Position numbers and translations under genes: made by a program | Part shown: positions 39,414 to 49,540 of the stretch, in pieces | How positions within the stretch are numbered: the stretch's first letter is position 1 | Layout: the number at the start of each line of letters is the position of its first letter | Origin: Deltaproteobacteria bacterium | GTDB taxonomy: Bacteria > Desulfobacterota > Dissulfuribacteria > Dissulfuribacterales > QOAL01 | Direction of reading: 5' to 3' | Assembly: GCA_027067775.1 (NCBI GenBank) | Contig: JAMOVK010000019.1 | Coordinates: 1-61,082, forward strand | DNA: 61,082 nucleotides | The notes under the pieces: generated by a model | Databases searched by the model: none | Seen by the model: the letters and a program-made list of their open reading frames with translations, nothing else | Told to the model about the DNA's origin: nothing

Positions 39414-40617
39414 CTTTTACTCCACGCTCCTTGCAAATCTTTTTTATTAGTACAGGAAGTATCTCTTTGACATCTCCCACTATGGCATATGTGGCAACAT
39501 CAAAGATAGGGGCGTCTTTGTCCTTGTTTATTGCAACGATGATGTCAGAGCCCTGCATTCCTACAAGGTGCTGTATGGCCCCGCTTACGCCACATGCTAT
39601 GTACAGTTTTGGTGACACGGTTACTCCAGTCTGGCCAATCTGGTGGTTGGTTGAAATCCACCCTGCATCGGTGATAGCCCTTGTTGCACCTACTGCTGCA
39701 TCAAGACATTTGGCTAGCTTTTCCACAAGAGACAGATTCTCCTTTTTCTCAAGCCCTCTTCCTGCAGTAACAACTATTTCAGAATCGGTAAGACTTGGAC
39801 CATCCGATTCCTCTACTACAGAGTCCAAGACATTTATTTTGTGTTCAAGTAGTTCCTTTGTAGGCTCAAATTCTACAATCTCTCCCTTTCGATTCGTGTC
39901 TGGCGCCAGTGCCTTTAATACGTGAGGCCTTACAGTGGCCATCTGGGGCCTGTGCTCGTCACAAACTATGGTGGCCATAAGATTTCCACCAAAGGCAGGG
40001 CGTGTCTGCAAGAGGTTCCGTCCTTCTTCTTCGATCTCAAGGGCAGTGCAATCAGCAGTAAGGCCCGTCTCTAGCATTGTGGCGACTTGAGGAATGAAGG
40101 CCCTGCCCATGGCAGTTGCTCCTGCCAGTATAATCTCCGGTTTCTCTTTTGCAGCAATGTGGGCAACTATTTTTGAATAGACCTCGTCCATAAATTTGGA
40201 AAGATCTGGATGATCAACAACGATTACCCTGTCTGCTCCCCTGTAGACAAGCTCCTGAACTTTTTCCCTGATATTGCTTCCAATGGCAATGGCCGTCACC
40301 GATACAGAAAGGGCATCTGCAAGCTGCCTTGCCTTTCCAAGAAGTTCAAAGGTTACAGGGGCAAAGGAGCTTCCCCGCAACTCGGTTACCACCCATACAC
40401 CCTGCCAGGCCGAAAGATCCTTTTTGTCACCTGGTGCCTTGTCATCAGACTCTATTTCTAAGGCCCCTTCCGGACAGGTATCAACGCAGGTTCCACACAG
40501 GGTACACAGATCCTGGTCCACCTTTGCCTTTTCATCCGAGACGGTAATGGCACCAAAACTACATACCTCCTCACATTCTCCGCAACCGTTGCACCTTTTT
40601 AGATCTATTTTGAGCAT
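39406..40617 (-). CDS. etfA: Electron transfer flavoprotein alpha with N-terminal 2x[4Fe-4S] ferredoxin domain
   Basis: CNGCGECEEVC and CTLCGTCVDTCP, then GLTADCT, RPAFGGN, QIGQTG, GVSGAIQH. Confidence 0.95.
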   Translation of the reverse strand: MLKIDLKRCNGCGECEEVCSFGAITVSDEKAKVDQDLCTLCGTCVDTCPEGALEIESDDKAPGDKKDLSAWQGVWVVTELRGSSFAPVTFELLGKARQLADALSVSVTAIAIGSNIREKVQELVYRGADRVIVVDHPDLSKFMDEVYSKIVAHIAAKEKPEIILAGATAMGRAFIPQVATMLETGLTADCTALEIEEEGRNLLQTRPAFGGNLMATIVCDEHRPQMATVRPHVLKALAPDTNRKGEIVEFEPTKELLEHKINVLDSVVEESDGPSLTDSEIVVTAGRGLEKKENLSLVEKLAKCLDAAVGATRAITDAGWISTNHQIGQTGVTVSPKLYIACGVSGAIQHLVGMQGSDIIVAINKDKDAPIFDVATYAIVGDVKEILPVLIKKICKERGVKDV

Positions 40618-41405
40618 CAGATGATCCCTGCCTCTTTAAGTCTGTCTATCAAGGCCTGCGCCTGCTCTTCTGGTGTGCCATGCAGGAACTCCCTTTTTGC
40701 CTCAAACTTTGGGATATATGTGGAATGGACTTTGGTTGGCGAGCCGGCAAGGCCAATCTTTTCAGGTTCAGCACCTATGTCAGATGCACTCCACATGGGA
40801 ATTTGGGCCTTTTTTGCCCTCATCTTACCTTTTAACGAAGGCACCCTTGGTACGTTTAGGGATGACAAAACGGTCAACAGCACCGGAAAGGCAACTTCTA
40901 TAATATCATAGCCATTTTCACACATGCGTTTAAGCCTCAACCTCTTGCCATCTTCAACCACTTCCATTTCAGATACATAGGTGACACACGGGATACCAAG
41001 ACGAACGGCAAGCCCTGGGCCTACCTGTGCCGTATCTCCATCTATTGCCTGCTTACCGCAAAATACTGCATCCACATCACCCATCTTTTTTATTGCCTGG
41101 GCAAGGGTATAGGTGGTGGCCAGGGTATCTGCACCAGCAAATGCCCTGTCCGAGACCACGACACCTTCATCAACCCCCATTGACATAGCCTCTCTGATGG
41201 CGTCTTGGGCCTGTGGTGGCCCCATGGTAACTGCCGTTACCTTGCCGCCAAGGGTATCTTTGAGGCTGAGGGCCGCCTCTATGGCATGGTAGTCAAAGGG
41301 ATTTATGACACTTTTTACCCCATCTCTGATCAGTGTTCCTGTTTTGTGATCCCACTTGACACTTTCTGCATCGGGGACCTGTTTGATGCATACTACAATA
41401 TTCAT
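40617..41405 (-). CDS. etfB: Electron transfer flavoprotein beta
   Basis: VCIKQVPD, LIRDGVKSVINPFD, AGADTLAT, GKQAIDGDTAQVGP. Confidence 0.96.
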   Translation of the reverse strand: MNIVVCIKQVPDAESVKWDHKTGTLIRDGVKSVINPFDYHAIEAALSLKDTLGGKVTAVTMGPPQAQDAIREAMSMGVDEGVVVSDRAFAGADTLATTYTLAQAIKKMGDVDAVFCGKQAIDGDTAQVGPGLAVRLGIPCVTYVSEMEVVEDGKRLRLKRMCENGYDIIEVAFPVLLTVLSSLNVPRVPSLKGKMRAKKAQIPMWSASDIGAEPEKIGLAGSPTKVHSTYIPKFEAKREFLHGTPEEQAQALIDRLKEAGII

Positions 41406-41407
41406 GG

Positions 41408-42571
41408 CTATTTTCTTGCGTATTCTTTATTAAGGGCTTGGCCTATTACGTTTCTTTGTATCTGGTTTGTTCCTTCGTAAATTTGCAATATCTTGGCATC
41501 CCTCATCATCTTTTCTACTGGATATTCCTTCATGTATCCATAACCGCCAAGTATTTGAACAGCATCTGTCGTGACTTTCATGGCCACGTCTGTAGGAAAG
41601 AGTTTGGCCATGGCCGAGATCTTTGAGATGTCTTTTTCACCAGAATCAATCGTACGGGCCACTGCATAAACCAGCGCCCTAGCTGCCTCTATCTGGGTTG
41701 CCATATCTGCAAGCATGTGCTGTATGGCCTGAAAGGAGATTATTGGTTGACCAAACTGGACTCTCTGACGTGCATAGGTGACAGACTCGTCAAGGGCAGC
41801 TTGAGATAGTCCAACTCCTATGGCACCTATTCCAGGCCGGGCAAGGTCCAGGGTTCTCATTGCCAGTATAAACCCCAGGCCTCTGCGTCCAAGAAGCCTG
41901 TCTTTGGGAATGCGGCAGTCGTTAAAGATAAGTTCCCTTGTGGCAGAGGCACGAAGCCCCATCTTTTTTTCCTTTTTTCCAAAGCTGAAACCAGGGTCTC
42001 CCTTTTCAACAATAAAGGCTGATGCCCCCCGTGGCCCTTTGTTTTTGTCAGTCAGGGCAATTATTGTGTAGATTTCCGCCTCTCCTCCACTTGTTATCCA
42101 CTGTTTGGTTCCATTCAGTACCCAGTAGTCACCATCCTCAACAGCCGTGGTTTTTATGGCAGCTGCATCACTTCCTGCTCCAGCCTCGGTCAGACCAAAG
42201 GCAGCAAGTCTTGCTCCTGATGCAATGTCTGGCAGATATTTCTTTTTCTGTTCATCGGTTCCAAACATGACTATCGGATAGCCACCAAGTGCACTGGCTG
42301 CAAAGGTGGTGGTTACGGCAATGCACCCATATGCCAGCTGTTCCACCGCCAGGCAGTTTTCAAGGCATCCTCCACCAAGACCACCGTATTCTTCAGGGAT
42401 ATAGAGACCAAACAGGTCTGCCTGGGCCAGATCCTTCATGATATCCCAAGGAAACTCCTCTGTTTCGTCAAGTCTTGCTCTAACGGGAATAATCTTTTCA
42501 TGAGCGATCTGGCGGGCCAGATCCACTATCATCTGCTGTTCTTCAGTCAGAAAATAATTAACATTTGCCAT
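41408..42571 (-). CDS. Acyl-CoA dehydrogenase (butyryl-CoA dehydrogenase-like)
   Basis: FGLTEAGAGSDA, NGTKQWIT, KKMGLRAS, RVQFGQPI, QILGGYGY, IYEGTNQIQR (catalytic Glu). Confidence 0.95.
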   Translation of the reverse strand: MANVNYFLTEEQQMIVDLARQIAHEKIIPVRARLDETEEFPWDIMKDLAQADLFGLYIPEEYGGLGGGCLENCLAVEQLAYGCIAVTTTFAASALGGYPIVMFGTDEQKKKYLPDIASGARLAAFGLTEAGAGSDAAAIKTTAVEDGDYWVLNGTKQWITSGGEAEIYTIIALTDKNKGPRGASAFIVEKGDPGFSFGKKEKKMGLRASATRELIFNDCRIPKDRLLGRRGLGFILAMRTLDLARPGIGAIGVGLSQAALDESVTYARQRVQFGQPIISFQAIQHMLADMATQIEAARALVYAVARTIDSGEKDISKISAMAKLFPTDVAMKVTTDAVQILGGYGYMKEYPVEKMMRDAKILQIYEGTNQIQRNVIGQALNKEYARK

Positions 42572-42621
42572 TAAAAGCCCTCTCTTTCCCTTCTGCTATC
42601 AATGAATCCATGACTCAGAGC

Positions 42622-43596
42622 TTACCACTTAACTGTAACGCCTGCCCATGTAAAACCTCCTCCAAAAGAGATCATGAGCAACTTGTCTCCCGGCCTGAGT
42701 CTGCCTTGACGGTTGGCCTCATCCAAGGCAATGGGTATACTCGCCGCAGAGGTATTACCATACTTGTGAATATTGATAAAGACCTTGTCCTTTGGAAGGG
42801 ACAACCTTTCTCTAAGATGCTCCAAAATTCTTATGTTGGCCTGATGGGCTATTAAAAGATCCAGTTCTTCCATGGTCCAGCCAGAGGCATCTACTGCCTC
42901 AAAGGCCACAGACTCAAGGGCCTTAACAGCATGTTTAAATACGTCTCTGCCTTGCATTTCAATATATTGACACCCTTTTTTGCCATCTAAAGGGTAAGCA
43001 GTGCCATGCCCTCTGATGGTCAACAATTCCCAGAGGCTCCCGTCTGCATGAAGATGTGTAGAAACAATTCCCTCGTCTCCCTGGCTTCCAGAGACCACAG
43101 CAGCACCTGCACCATCTGCAAAAAGCACGCAGGTGGTTCTGTCTTGCCAGTTCGTTCTTCTGGAAAGGACTTCGCTTCCAATCACCAGGATTTTCATATC
43201 AGGTGAGCATCTCACGAACTTGTCTGCTACAGACAGGCTGTAGAGGAATCCGGAACAGGTGGCAGAAACATCCATGGCACCTGCCTTTCTGGCACCAAGG
43301 GCGTGCTGCACAAGGCAAGCCACCGAAGGCATAGGCATGTCGGGGGTGAGTGTGCCAACAATTATGAGATCCAGCTCTTCCGGCTCCACTTGAGCCATTT
43401 CCAAGGCGGCTCTGGCCGCCTTTACAGCAAGATCAGAATTGTTTTCCCCATCCTGTGCAATGTGTCTTTCTTTTATGCCCGTTCTTGTTGTGATCCATTC
43501 ATCACTTGTATCAATCATCGTTTCAAGGTCTTTGTTGGTAAGGACCTTTTCTGGTACAAATGACCCAGTTCCTAAGATTTTTGTCCTTGTTGTCAT
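42622..43596 (-). CDS. fabH: 3-oxoacyl-ACP synthase III
   Basis: Catalytic C (ATCSGF), H (HQAN), N (YGNTSAAS). Confidence 0.96.
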   Translation of the reverse strand: MTTRTKILGTGSFVPEKVLTNKDLETMIDTSDEWITTRTGIKERHIAQDGENNSDLAVKAARAALEMAQVEPEELDLIIVGTLTPDMPMPSVACLVQHALGARKAGAMDVSATCSGFLYSLSVADKFVRCSPDMKILVIGSEVLSRRTNWQDRTTCVLFADGAGAAVVSGSQGDEGIVSTHLHADGSLWELLTIRGHGTAYPLDGKKGCQYIEMQGRDVFKHAVKALESVAFEAVDASGWTMEELDLLIAHQANIRILEHLRERLSLPKDKVFINIHKYGNTSAASIPIALDEANRQGRLRPGDKLLMISFGGGFTWAGVTVKW

Positions 43597-43605
43597 GATG
43601 GAAAA

Positions 43606-44613
43606 TCAAATGATCCTGAGGATGTCCTTACGGTTGGACATGGACATTTCAAGCTTGTCTGCAAGATTAAGGGAGGCCAGATTATGGGCAATGCCTATGG
43701 CATTTTTCACTGCCTTTGGTTCAGAGCTTCCATGGCATATGATTGCTGTCCCTTTTACTCCCAAAAGGGGTGCACCACCATATTCAGCATAGTCAACCCG
43801 TTTCTTGAACCTCTTAAAGGCCTTTTTGGCAAGCCCGTAACCCATGGTTGCAAGGAAGTTGCCCTCGATCTCGTTTTTGAGCATGGCAATAACCGTCTCT
43901 GCCAGACCTTCACTAAGTTTCAGGCAGATATTGCCCACAAAGCCGTCACAGACAATCACATCCACATCTCCCTTAAAGACATCCCTGCCTTCCACATTGC
44001 CAAAGAAATTCAGTTTGCTGGCAGCAAGCAGATCATAGGCCTTTTTAACCTGCTGATTTCCCTTGCTGCCTTCCTCTCCAATACTCAGAAGCCCTACCTT
44101 AGGACTGTCCTTCTTTAAGAACTCCCTTACAAAAAGGGCTCCCATAATGCCAAACTGGAGGAGATGATGGGGTTTGCAGTCCACATTGGCGCCGACATCT
44201 ATTATAAGCGAAGGATCTTTTAGGGTTGGAACCAGTGTACCAATAGCAGGTCTGATACCCTTGATGCGGCCAAGAATAAACATAGCTGTAGCCAGGGTAG
44301 CTCCAGAATTACCTGCGCTTACCACTCCTTGGGCCTTGTCTTCCTTCACGAGATTGAAGGCCACCCTTACAGACGAATCTTTTTTTCTCCTCAGGGCATC
44401 AGATGGCGATTCAGCCATTCCTACCACCTGGGAAGCGTTTTTGATGGATATGGGCAGGCCTCTGCCTCCAGCCTCGGAAAGCTCTTTTTCCAAAAGAGTA
44501 GCCTTTCCCACCAGGATAATCTCGGTTCCAAGTTCCCTAGCGGCCTCGACTGCTCCTTTGACAAGTATGGAAGGGCCTTTGTCCCCTCCCATGGCATCAA
44601 GAGCTATGGCCAT
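43606..44613 (-). CDS. plsX: Phosphate acyltransferase PlsX
   Basis: IALDAMGGD, SAGNSGA, DVGANVD, CDGFVGN, HGSS. Confidence 0.97.
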   Translation of the reverse strand: MAIALDAMGGDKGPSILVKGAVEAARELGTEIILVGKATLLEKELSEAGGRGLPISIKNASQVVGMAESPSDALRRKKDSSVRVAFNLVKEDKAQGVVSAGNSGATLATAMFILGRIKGIRPAIGTLVPTLKDPSLIIDVGANVDCKPHHLLQFGIMGALFVREFLKKDSPKVGLLSIGEEGSKGNQQVKKAYDLLAASKLNFFGNVEGRDVFKGDVDVIVCDGFVGNICLKLSEGLAETVIAMLKNEIEGNFLATMGYGLAKKAFKRFKKRVDYAEYGGAPLLGVKGTAIICHGSSEPKAVKNAIGIAHNLASLNLADKLEMSMSNRKDILRII

Positions 44614-44619
44614 AATCCC

Positions 44620-44802
44620 TTATTCCACATCCTCACCGGTAAACACCTTGCCCTTGTATGTTCCGCAATGAGGGCAAATTCTGTGTGGAGCCTTGGGCTC
44701 AGCACATTGTGGACATGTGGATACTGCTGGTTTTTTAAGGGCATCATGAGAACGCCTGTTACCTCTTCTTGCCCTTGATACTTTTCTCTTGGGTACAGCC
44801 AT
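44620..44802 (-). CDS. rpmF: 50S ribosomal protein L32
   Basis: [19 protein letters not shown] with CxxC...CxxC. Confidence 0.97.
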   Translation of the reverse strand: MAVPKRKVSRARRGNRRSHDALKKPAVSTCPQCAEPKAPHRICPHCGTYKGKVFTGEDVE

Positions 44803-44835
44803 CTGTTGTAATACCTCCGTATTTAAAAGTTGTTT

Positions 44836-45372
44836 TTATCCAGACATCTTGAGTTGTTTAAGAATCGCAAAGGGTCCCTGTTCTTCCTGCTCCGGACATT
44901 GACATTGTGTCTTGTTCAAGTCTGCACCACATCCCGGACACAGCCCTTTACATTCTTCGTTGCACAATATCCTCATAGGAAGCTGTAGCAGGATCTGCTC
45001 CCTGAAGAGTTCTTCACCCCGAATTTCACCATCTTCATACCAGTAGACTTCTATCTCGTCAGATGAAAGCTGATGATCAGGCGAGAGATCAGAACCAAAA
45101 TCAGATTTTGGCTGAAGAAAGTAGAAAAAGGAGGTTTCCACTTCTTTTGGGAAGCTGGTTAGGCACCTGTCACAACACAGATAGACAAGACTTTTTACCC
45201 ATCCATGTATTTCAATGTCGTTTCCCGATTTGTGGATTTCAAGTCGCCCCTGGGTGGTACCTATCTTTACAAACTCGTCCACTTCAGGAATGAGCTTTGA
45301 CAGTTCTGTAAAATTTAAAAAAAGCCCCTCTTCAGGGACATCTGATACCTGAATACGTGTTTCTATTTGCAT
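44836..45372 (-). CDS. YceD/DUF177-family protein
   Basis: CDRCL and CNEECKGLCPGCG motifs; upstream of rpmF. Start moved to 45372. Confidence 0.9.
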   Translation of the reverse strand: MQIETRIQVSDVPEEGLFLNFTELSKLIPEVDEFVKIGTTQGRLEIHKSGNDIEIHGWVKSLVYLCCDRCLTSFPKEVETSFFYFLQPKSDFGSDLSPDHQLSSDEIEVYWYEDGEIRGEELFREQILLQLPMRILCNEECKGLCPGCGADLNKTQCQCPEQEEQGPFAILKQLKMSG

Positions 45373-45432
45373 GTTTCTTCTTTTTGCCCTTTTGGCAAAA
45401 ACACTAAGATAAATTTTTATTAGAAAAGACAC

Positions 45433-45460
45433 AATATATGGCCTGGATAGCGCTTGTCAA
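45433..45460 (-). promoter_or_regulatory. sigma70-type promoter of the yceD-rpmF-plsX-fab operon
   Basis: Minus strand TTGACA-16 nt-TATATT. Confidence 0.6.
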
Positions 45461-45480
45461 GTAATGGACAGACCCGAAGG

Positions 45481-46230
45481 CTATTTTTTACTGCTTAGCC
45501 GTGCAATGAGTATGCCGATTTCATAAAGTAGGTAGAGGGGTAGTCCCATTAGGGCCATGTTTATGACGTCTGGAGTAGGTGTAAGGACAGCGGCAAGAAT
45601 GGCGATTACTAAAACGGCGTAACGGCGTCCCTTGTGAAAGAATTTGTAGGAACAGAGACCGATACGGCAGCTCACAGTCATTATGAGAGGTAGTTCGAAG
45701 ATCAGACCAAAGGCTAACAGAAACAGGCCAACAAAGTTTACAAATTTTCCTACACTTATAACAGGTCTTATATGTTCTGACTGATAGCCAAGAAGAAAGT
45801 TGATTCCAAAAGGTAAAGTAATAAAGAAGCAGAAGGCAGCTCCAGCATAAAAGAGTATCAGACTGGACAGTACCAGTCCTATTCCAAAACCCTTTGTAAT
45901 GCCAAAGTTTGATACCAGGATCTGGGTTATACGAAACAGTATCCAAGGCATGAGTACCAGAATTGCCATGACAGAGGCAATTTTTATTAGTGAGACAATG
46001 GGCTCCATTACGCCAAAAAATGCGAGCTTTTGATCAAGGTGAAGCTGAAGGAGATGGAGAATATCCGGAGCAACCCAATAAAACGCAAAACTAAGTAGTA
46101 CGAAGGAGATGACTAGTTCGAGAATAAAACGCCTGAATCTGTATAGGAAAAGGGCAATTTTTCTTACTGCAGAATCTTCTTCAGAAGGCGCATTGCCGGC
46201 TGTGATAGGGGAAGCTTCCTGTCCACCCAT
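45481..46230 (-). CDS. tatC: Twin-arginine translocase subunit TatC
   Basis: FGLIFELP, RRYAVLVIAILAAVLTPTPD, LYEIGI. Confidence 0.93.
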   Translation of the reverse strand: MGGQEASPITAGNAPSEEDSAVRKIALFLYRFRRFILELVISFVLLSFAFYWVAPDILHLLQLHLDQKLAFFGVMEPIVSLIKIASVMAILVLMPWILFRITQILVSNFGITKGFGIGLVLSSLILFYAGAAFCFFITLPFGINFLLGYQSEHIRPVISVGKFVNFVGLFLLAFGLIFELPLIMTVSCRIGLCSYKFFHKGRRYAVLVIAILAAVLTPTPDVINMALMGLPLYLLYEIGILIARLSSKK

Positions 46231-46255
46231 GTTTACAATAGGTTCGAGTGTGTGA

Positions 46256-47104
46256 TCAAATGATATGATCTCTTATGTATCTTACAGCATTTCTGAAAAG
46301 GGCAATTCCAGCTCCTTCTTCCGAGTCGAACATTTTTCTGGTCCACTGGGGGTGATTGGTAAAATGATGATAGGCTTCCGGATGCGGCATGAGGCCCATG
46401 AGTCTGCCAGTTGGATCACATATTCCTGCAATGGATAGGACCGAGCCGTTGGGATTCATCGGATAGTCCTGCGTTGGTTCTTTACTGACAGGATCTATAT
46501 ATTGGACAGCTATAAGATTTTCCTTGTCAAGGGTATCTATAATCTCGTTATTCAGGCCAACAAATTTTCCCTCCCCGTGGCGGACCGGCATTTCGATGGT
46601 ATCAATTCCTTTGGTATAGACACAGGGAGATGAAGGATTTGTCCTGCAGATAATCCATCTGTCTTCAAAACGGCCGGAGTCATTATGGGTAAGACTTACC
46701 ACTCTATTTTCATAGTTTCCCCCAAGTCCAGGCAGGAGGCCGGTTTTCACCATCAGCTGAAAACCATTGCATACACCGAGAATAAGCCCGCCATTTTGCA
46801 CGAAATCTAGAATCTGATCCATAAGCCTTTCCTTAGTCCCGGCAATCAGCGCATGACGTAACCGGTGTGCCCCAGCCTGGGCGGCCCCAAGGTTGTCGCC
46901 ATCCAAAAAGCCACCTGGCAGATTAAGGAAATGATAGTCAGTAATCCGGACAGAGCCGTCCAGGATATCACTTAAATGTACAATGTCTACCTGTTCTGCC
47001 CCTGCGACTTTGCAGGCATGAGCCATTTCCATTTCGCAGTTGGTACCATATCCTGTTGTTACTATTGCCTTAACATGAGATGCCATTTCATGCTCCAGAT
47101 CCAT
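46256..47104 (-). CDS. purQ: FGAM synthase glutaminase subunit
   Basis: GYGTNCE, PGGFLDGD, GVCNGFQ, MPHPE. Start may be 47086. Confidence 0.93.
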   Translation of the reverse strand: MDLEHEMASHVKAIVTTGYGTNCEMEMAHACKVAGAEQVDIVHLSDILDGSVRITDYHFLNLPGGFLDGDNLGAAQAGAHRLRHALIAGTKERLMDQILDFVQNGGLILGVCNGFQLMVKTGLLPGLGGNYENRVVSLTHNDSGRFEDRWIICRTNPSSPCVYTKGIDTIEMPVRHGEGKFVGLNNEIIDTLDKENLIAVQYIDPVSKEPTQDYPMNPNGSVLSIAGICDPTGRLMGLMPHPEAYHHFTNHPQWTRKMFDSEEGAGIALFRNAVRYIRDHII

Positions 47105-47244
47105 TTATTAAACTTTTAAAAATCTACTTCATTGACTGGACAGGGGCAACTCTTTCATTGGTAAAGAAGTCTGTTAGACTGTAACTCGTCTTTAGCTAGT
47201 TTTAAAATCCTGCATGTAGCATCCTGACAAGGAGGGAGAGTGAT

Positions 47245-47586
47245 ATGAGCATACAAGATGGCGACTTAATAATTGTAATAACCACCTGTTCAAGTGAAGG
47301 CGAGGCAGAAAAGATTGCTCGTCTTCTTGTGGAGCACAGGCTTGCAGCATGCGCGCAGGTTTCTGGCCCAATAAAAAGTTATTACTGGTGGCAAGGCAAC
47401 TTTGAACAGGACAAGGAGTGGCAGGTCAAATTCAAGATGCCCTCAGCAAACTTCGAGCAGGCCTGCGAGATGATCAAAAAAAACCATTCATACGAAGTGC
47501 CCCAAATCATATCTGTAAAAATAGATCAGGTTTTGTCTGAGTATGCTGCTTGGATTGTCAGTGAAACCCGCTCAAAAAATCCTTAA
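47245..47586 (+). CDS. cutA: Divalent-cation tolerance protein CutA
   Basis: LAACAQ, SYYWWQG, HSYEVPQI. Confidence 0.92.
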   Translation: MSIQDGDLIIVITTCSSEGEAEKIARLLVEHRLAACAQVSGPIKSYYWWQGNFEQDKEWQVKFKMPSANFEQACEMIKKNHSYEVPQIISVKIDQVLSEYAAWIVSETRSKNP

Positions 47587-47648
47587 ACCTTGCCAAGAGC
47601 ATCGGGGAGGATTAATTTTGCCTAAATTTTGCGCTCGGAGCATTTAAA

Positions 47649-48038
47649 GTGATTAGAAAAGCAACGGATCTGGCGTTTGAAAAGTGCGGTGGGCTTTTGC
47701 CAGCGATCGTTCAAGATGCAGATTCTGGTGAAGTCCTGATGCTTGCCTATATGAACCTAGAGTCATGGAAGAAGACCGTTGAGACAGGCAAGGCGCACTA
47801 CTGGTCACGTTCCAGGAATAAACTCTGGCTTAAGGGAGAGACCTCCGGTCATGTCCAGGTGGTGAAGGAGGCCTATGTTGACTGCGATTTTGACACCATA
47901 CTGTTAAAGGTGGAGCAGGTTGGCGGTGCAGCATGTCATACCGGCCATAGGAGCTGTTTCCACAACAAGGTTGAAGGTGAAGATATCAAGACAGTAGGAC
48001 AGCTAGTATTTGATCCCAAGGAGATCTACAAAAAGTGA
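47649..48038 (+). CDS. hisI: Phosphoribosyl-AMP cyclohydrolase
   Basis: [33 protein letters not shown]. Confidence 0.95.
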   Translation: MIRKATDLAFEKCGGLLPAIVQDADSGEVLMLAYMNLESWKKTVETGKAHYWSRSRNKLWLKGETSGHVQVVKEAYVDCDFDTILLKVEQVGGAACHTGHRSCFHNKVEGEDIKTVGQLVFDPKEIYKK

Positions 48039-48907
48039 ACAAACTCAAATTTGGCATACCAAAGGGAAGCCTGGAAAGGGCGACGATTGAACTCCTGGCC
48101 AAATCAGGCTGGAGGATCAATGTTCATCACAGAAGTTACTTTCCCGAGATAGATGACCCAGAGATTTCCTGCAGTATTTGCAGGGCACAGGAGATGTCAA
48201 GGTATGTAGAAAATGGCACGTTGGATGTTGGAATCACTGGTTACGACTGGATCTTGGAAAACGAATCAAGGGTTCACATTGTTACAGACCTTATCTATTC
48301 CAAGGTAAGCAGAAAACCTGCCAAATGGGTCTTGGCAGTACCGGCAGACTCACCTTACAAAAGGCCAGAAGATCTGCATGGCAGAAAGATCGCTACGGAA
48401 CTGGTCAACTTCACAAAACGCTATTTTGCCCAAAGGGGAATAGACGTTGAGGTAGAGTTTTCCTGGGGGGCTACAGAGGCAAAGGTGGTTTCCGGTCTGG
48501 CTGATGCCATTGTAGAGGTAACAGAGACCGGTACCACCATCCGTGCACACGGCCTTCAGATAATAGAGGAGCTAATGCAGTCCAACCCCAAGCTTATCGC
48601 TAACGAGGAGGCATGGAGGGACGAGTGGAAAAGAAAGAAAATAGAGCAGATAGCCATGCTTATGAAGGGCGCCCTCAGGGCAGACCGGTTGGTTGGTCTC
48701 AAGATGAACTGTCCCAAAGACAGGGTGCAGCGGGTGGTTTCCATACTTCCAAGTCTCAACGCTCCGACAGTTTCTCCACTTTATGACCAGGATTGGTGTT
48801 CTATAGAGACAGTTATAGACGAAGGCAGCGTAAGGGAACTGGTTCCAAAACTCCAGGAGGCAGGGGCGCAAGGCATAATAGAGTATTCTCTAAACAAGGT
48901 GCTTTAA
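48035..48907 (+). CDS. hisG: ATP phosphoribosyltransferase (long form)
   Basis: [34 protein letters not shown]-terminal regulatory domain. Confidence 0.96.
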   Translation: MNKLKFGIPKGSLERATIELLAKSGWRINVHHRSYFPEIDDPEISCSICRAQEMSRYVENGTLDVGITGYDWILENESRVHIVTDLIYSKVSRKPAKWVLAVPADSPYKRPEDLHGRKIATELVNFTKRYFAQRGIDVEVEFSWGATEAKVVSGLADAIVEVTETGTTIRAHGLQIIEELMQSNPKLIANEEAWRDEWKRKKIEQIAMLMKGALRADRLVGLKMNCPKDRVQRVVSILPSLNAPTVSPLYDQDWCSIETVIDEGSVRELVPKLQEAGAQGIIEYSLNKVL

Positions 48908-48912
48908 TAACA

Positions 48913-49530
48913 GTGTCCGGTGCTGGTGCAAACTGCATAAAAAGTGTGGAATTTGTCAAAAGTGTCTATTCCTTGAAGGAGCTTCCAGGGGAGTTACCCG
49001 TTGAGATTGCCTTTGCGGGCAGGTCAAATGTTGGTAAATCCTCACTGCTCAATGCCCTATTTGGCCGACGCAAATATGTAAAGGTAAGCAGCCGGCCAGG
49101 TTTTACCCAGTCTCTGAATTTTTTTCTCGTAAACAAGCGTTCATACTTTGTGGATCTTCCAGGTTATGGTTATGCCAAGGCCCCTAAAAAGGTGATTCAA
49201 CAGTGGCAAAGACTTATAGAAGGTTATCTCACCAATCGTGATTCTTTGCGAGGAGTGGTCTGTATTTTTGATATAAGGAGAGGACTTGGGGATTTGGATA
49301 TAGGCCTGATAAATTATCTCAAATCCATAAAAGTGGAGCCTTGGGTTGTTTTCAACAAGGCTGACAAGCTTTCTTCAAACAAGCTCAATGCCAACATCAA
49401 GCAGGCAAAAATCCTGCTTCCATCACTTTCTATGGAACCCTTTGTGGTCTCAGCCAAGACCAAAACAGGCATAACCGATCTCTTGGATTCCCTTGTCTGC
49501 CCGCTCTTGGCAGAGGCTGACGATCTTTGA
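48913..49530 (+). CDS. engB: Ribosome-biogenesis GTPase YihA/YsxC (EngB)
   Basis: GRSNVGKSS, DLPGYG, NKAD, SAK. Start uncertain; the track's 48793 overlaps hisG by 115 nt. Confidence 0.92.
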   Translation: MSGAGANCIKSVEFVKSVYSLKELPGELPVEIAFAGRSNVGKSSLLNALFGRRKYVKVSSRPGFTQSLNFFLVNKRSYFVDLPGYGYAKAPKKVIQQWQRLIEGYLTNRDSLRGVVCIFDIRRGLGDLDIGLINYLKSIKVEPWVVFNKADKLSSNKLNANIKQAKILLPSLSMEPFVVSAKTKTGITDLLDSLVCPLLAEADDL

Positions 49531-49540
49531 TGTCTTCTAT

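Noticed and set aside
48793-48912. N-terminal extension of engB (likewise fliK, porin, proB, aminotransferase, yceD, yfiR)
   Set aside because: These overlap upstream genes or promoters; downstream starts fit RBS and family length better.
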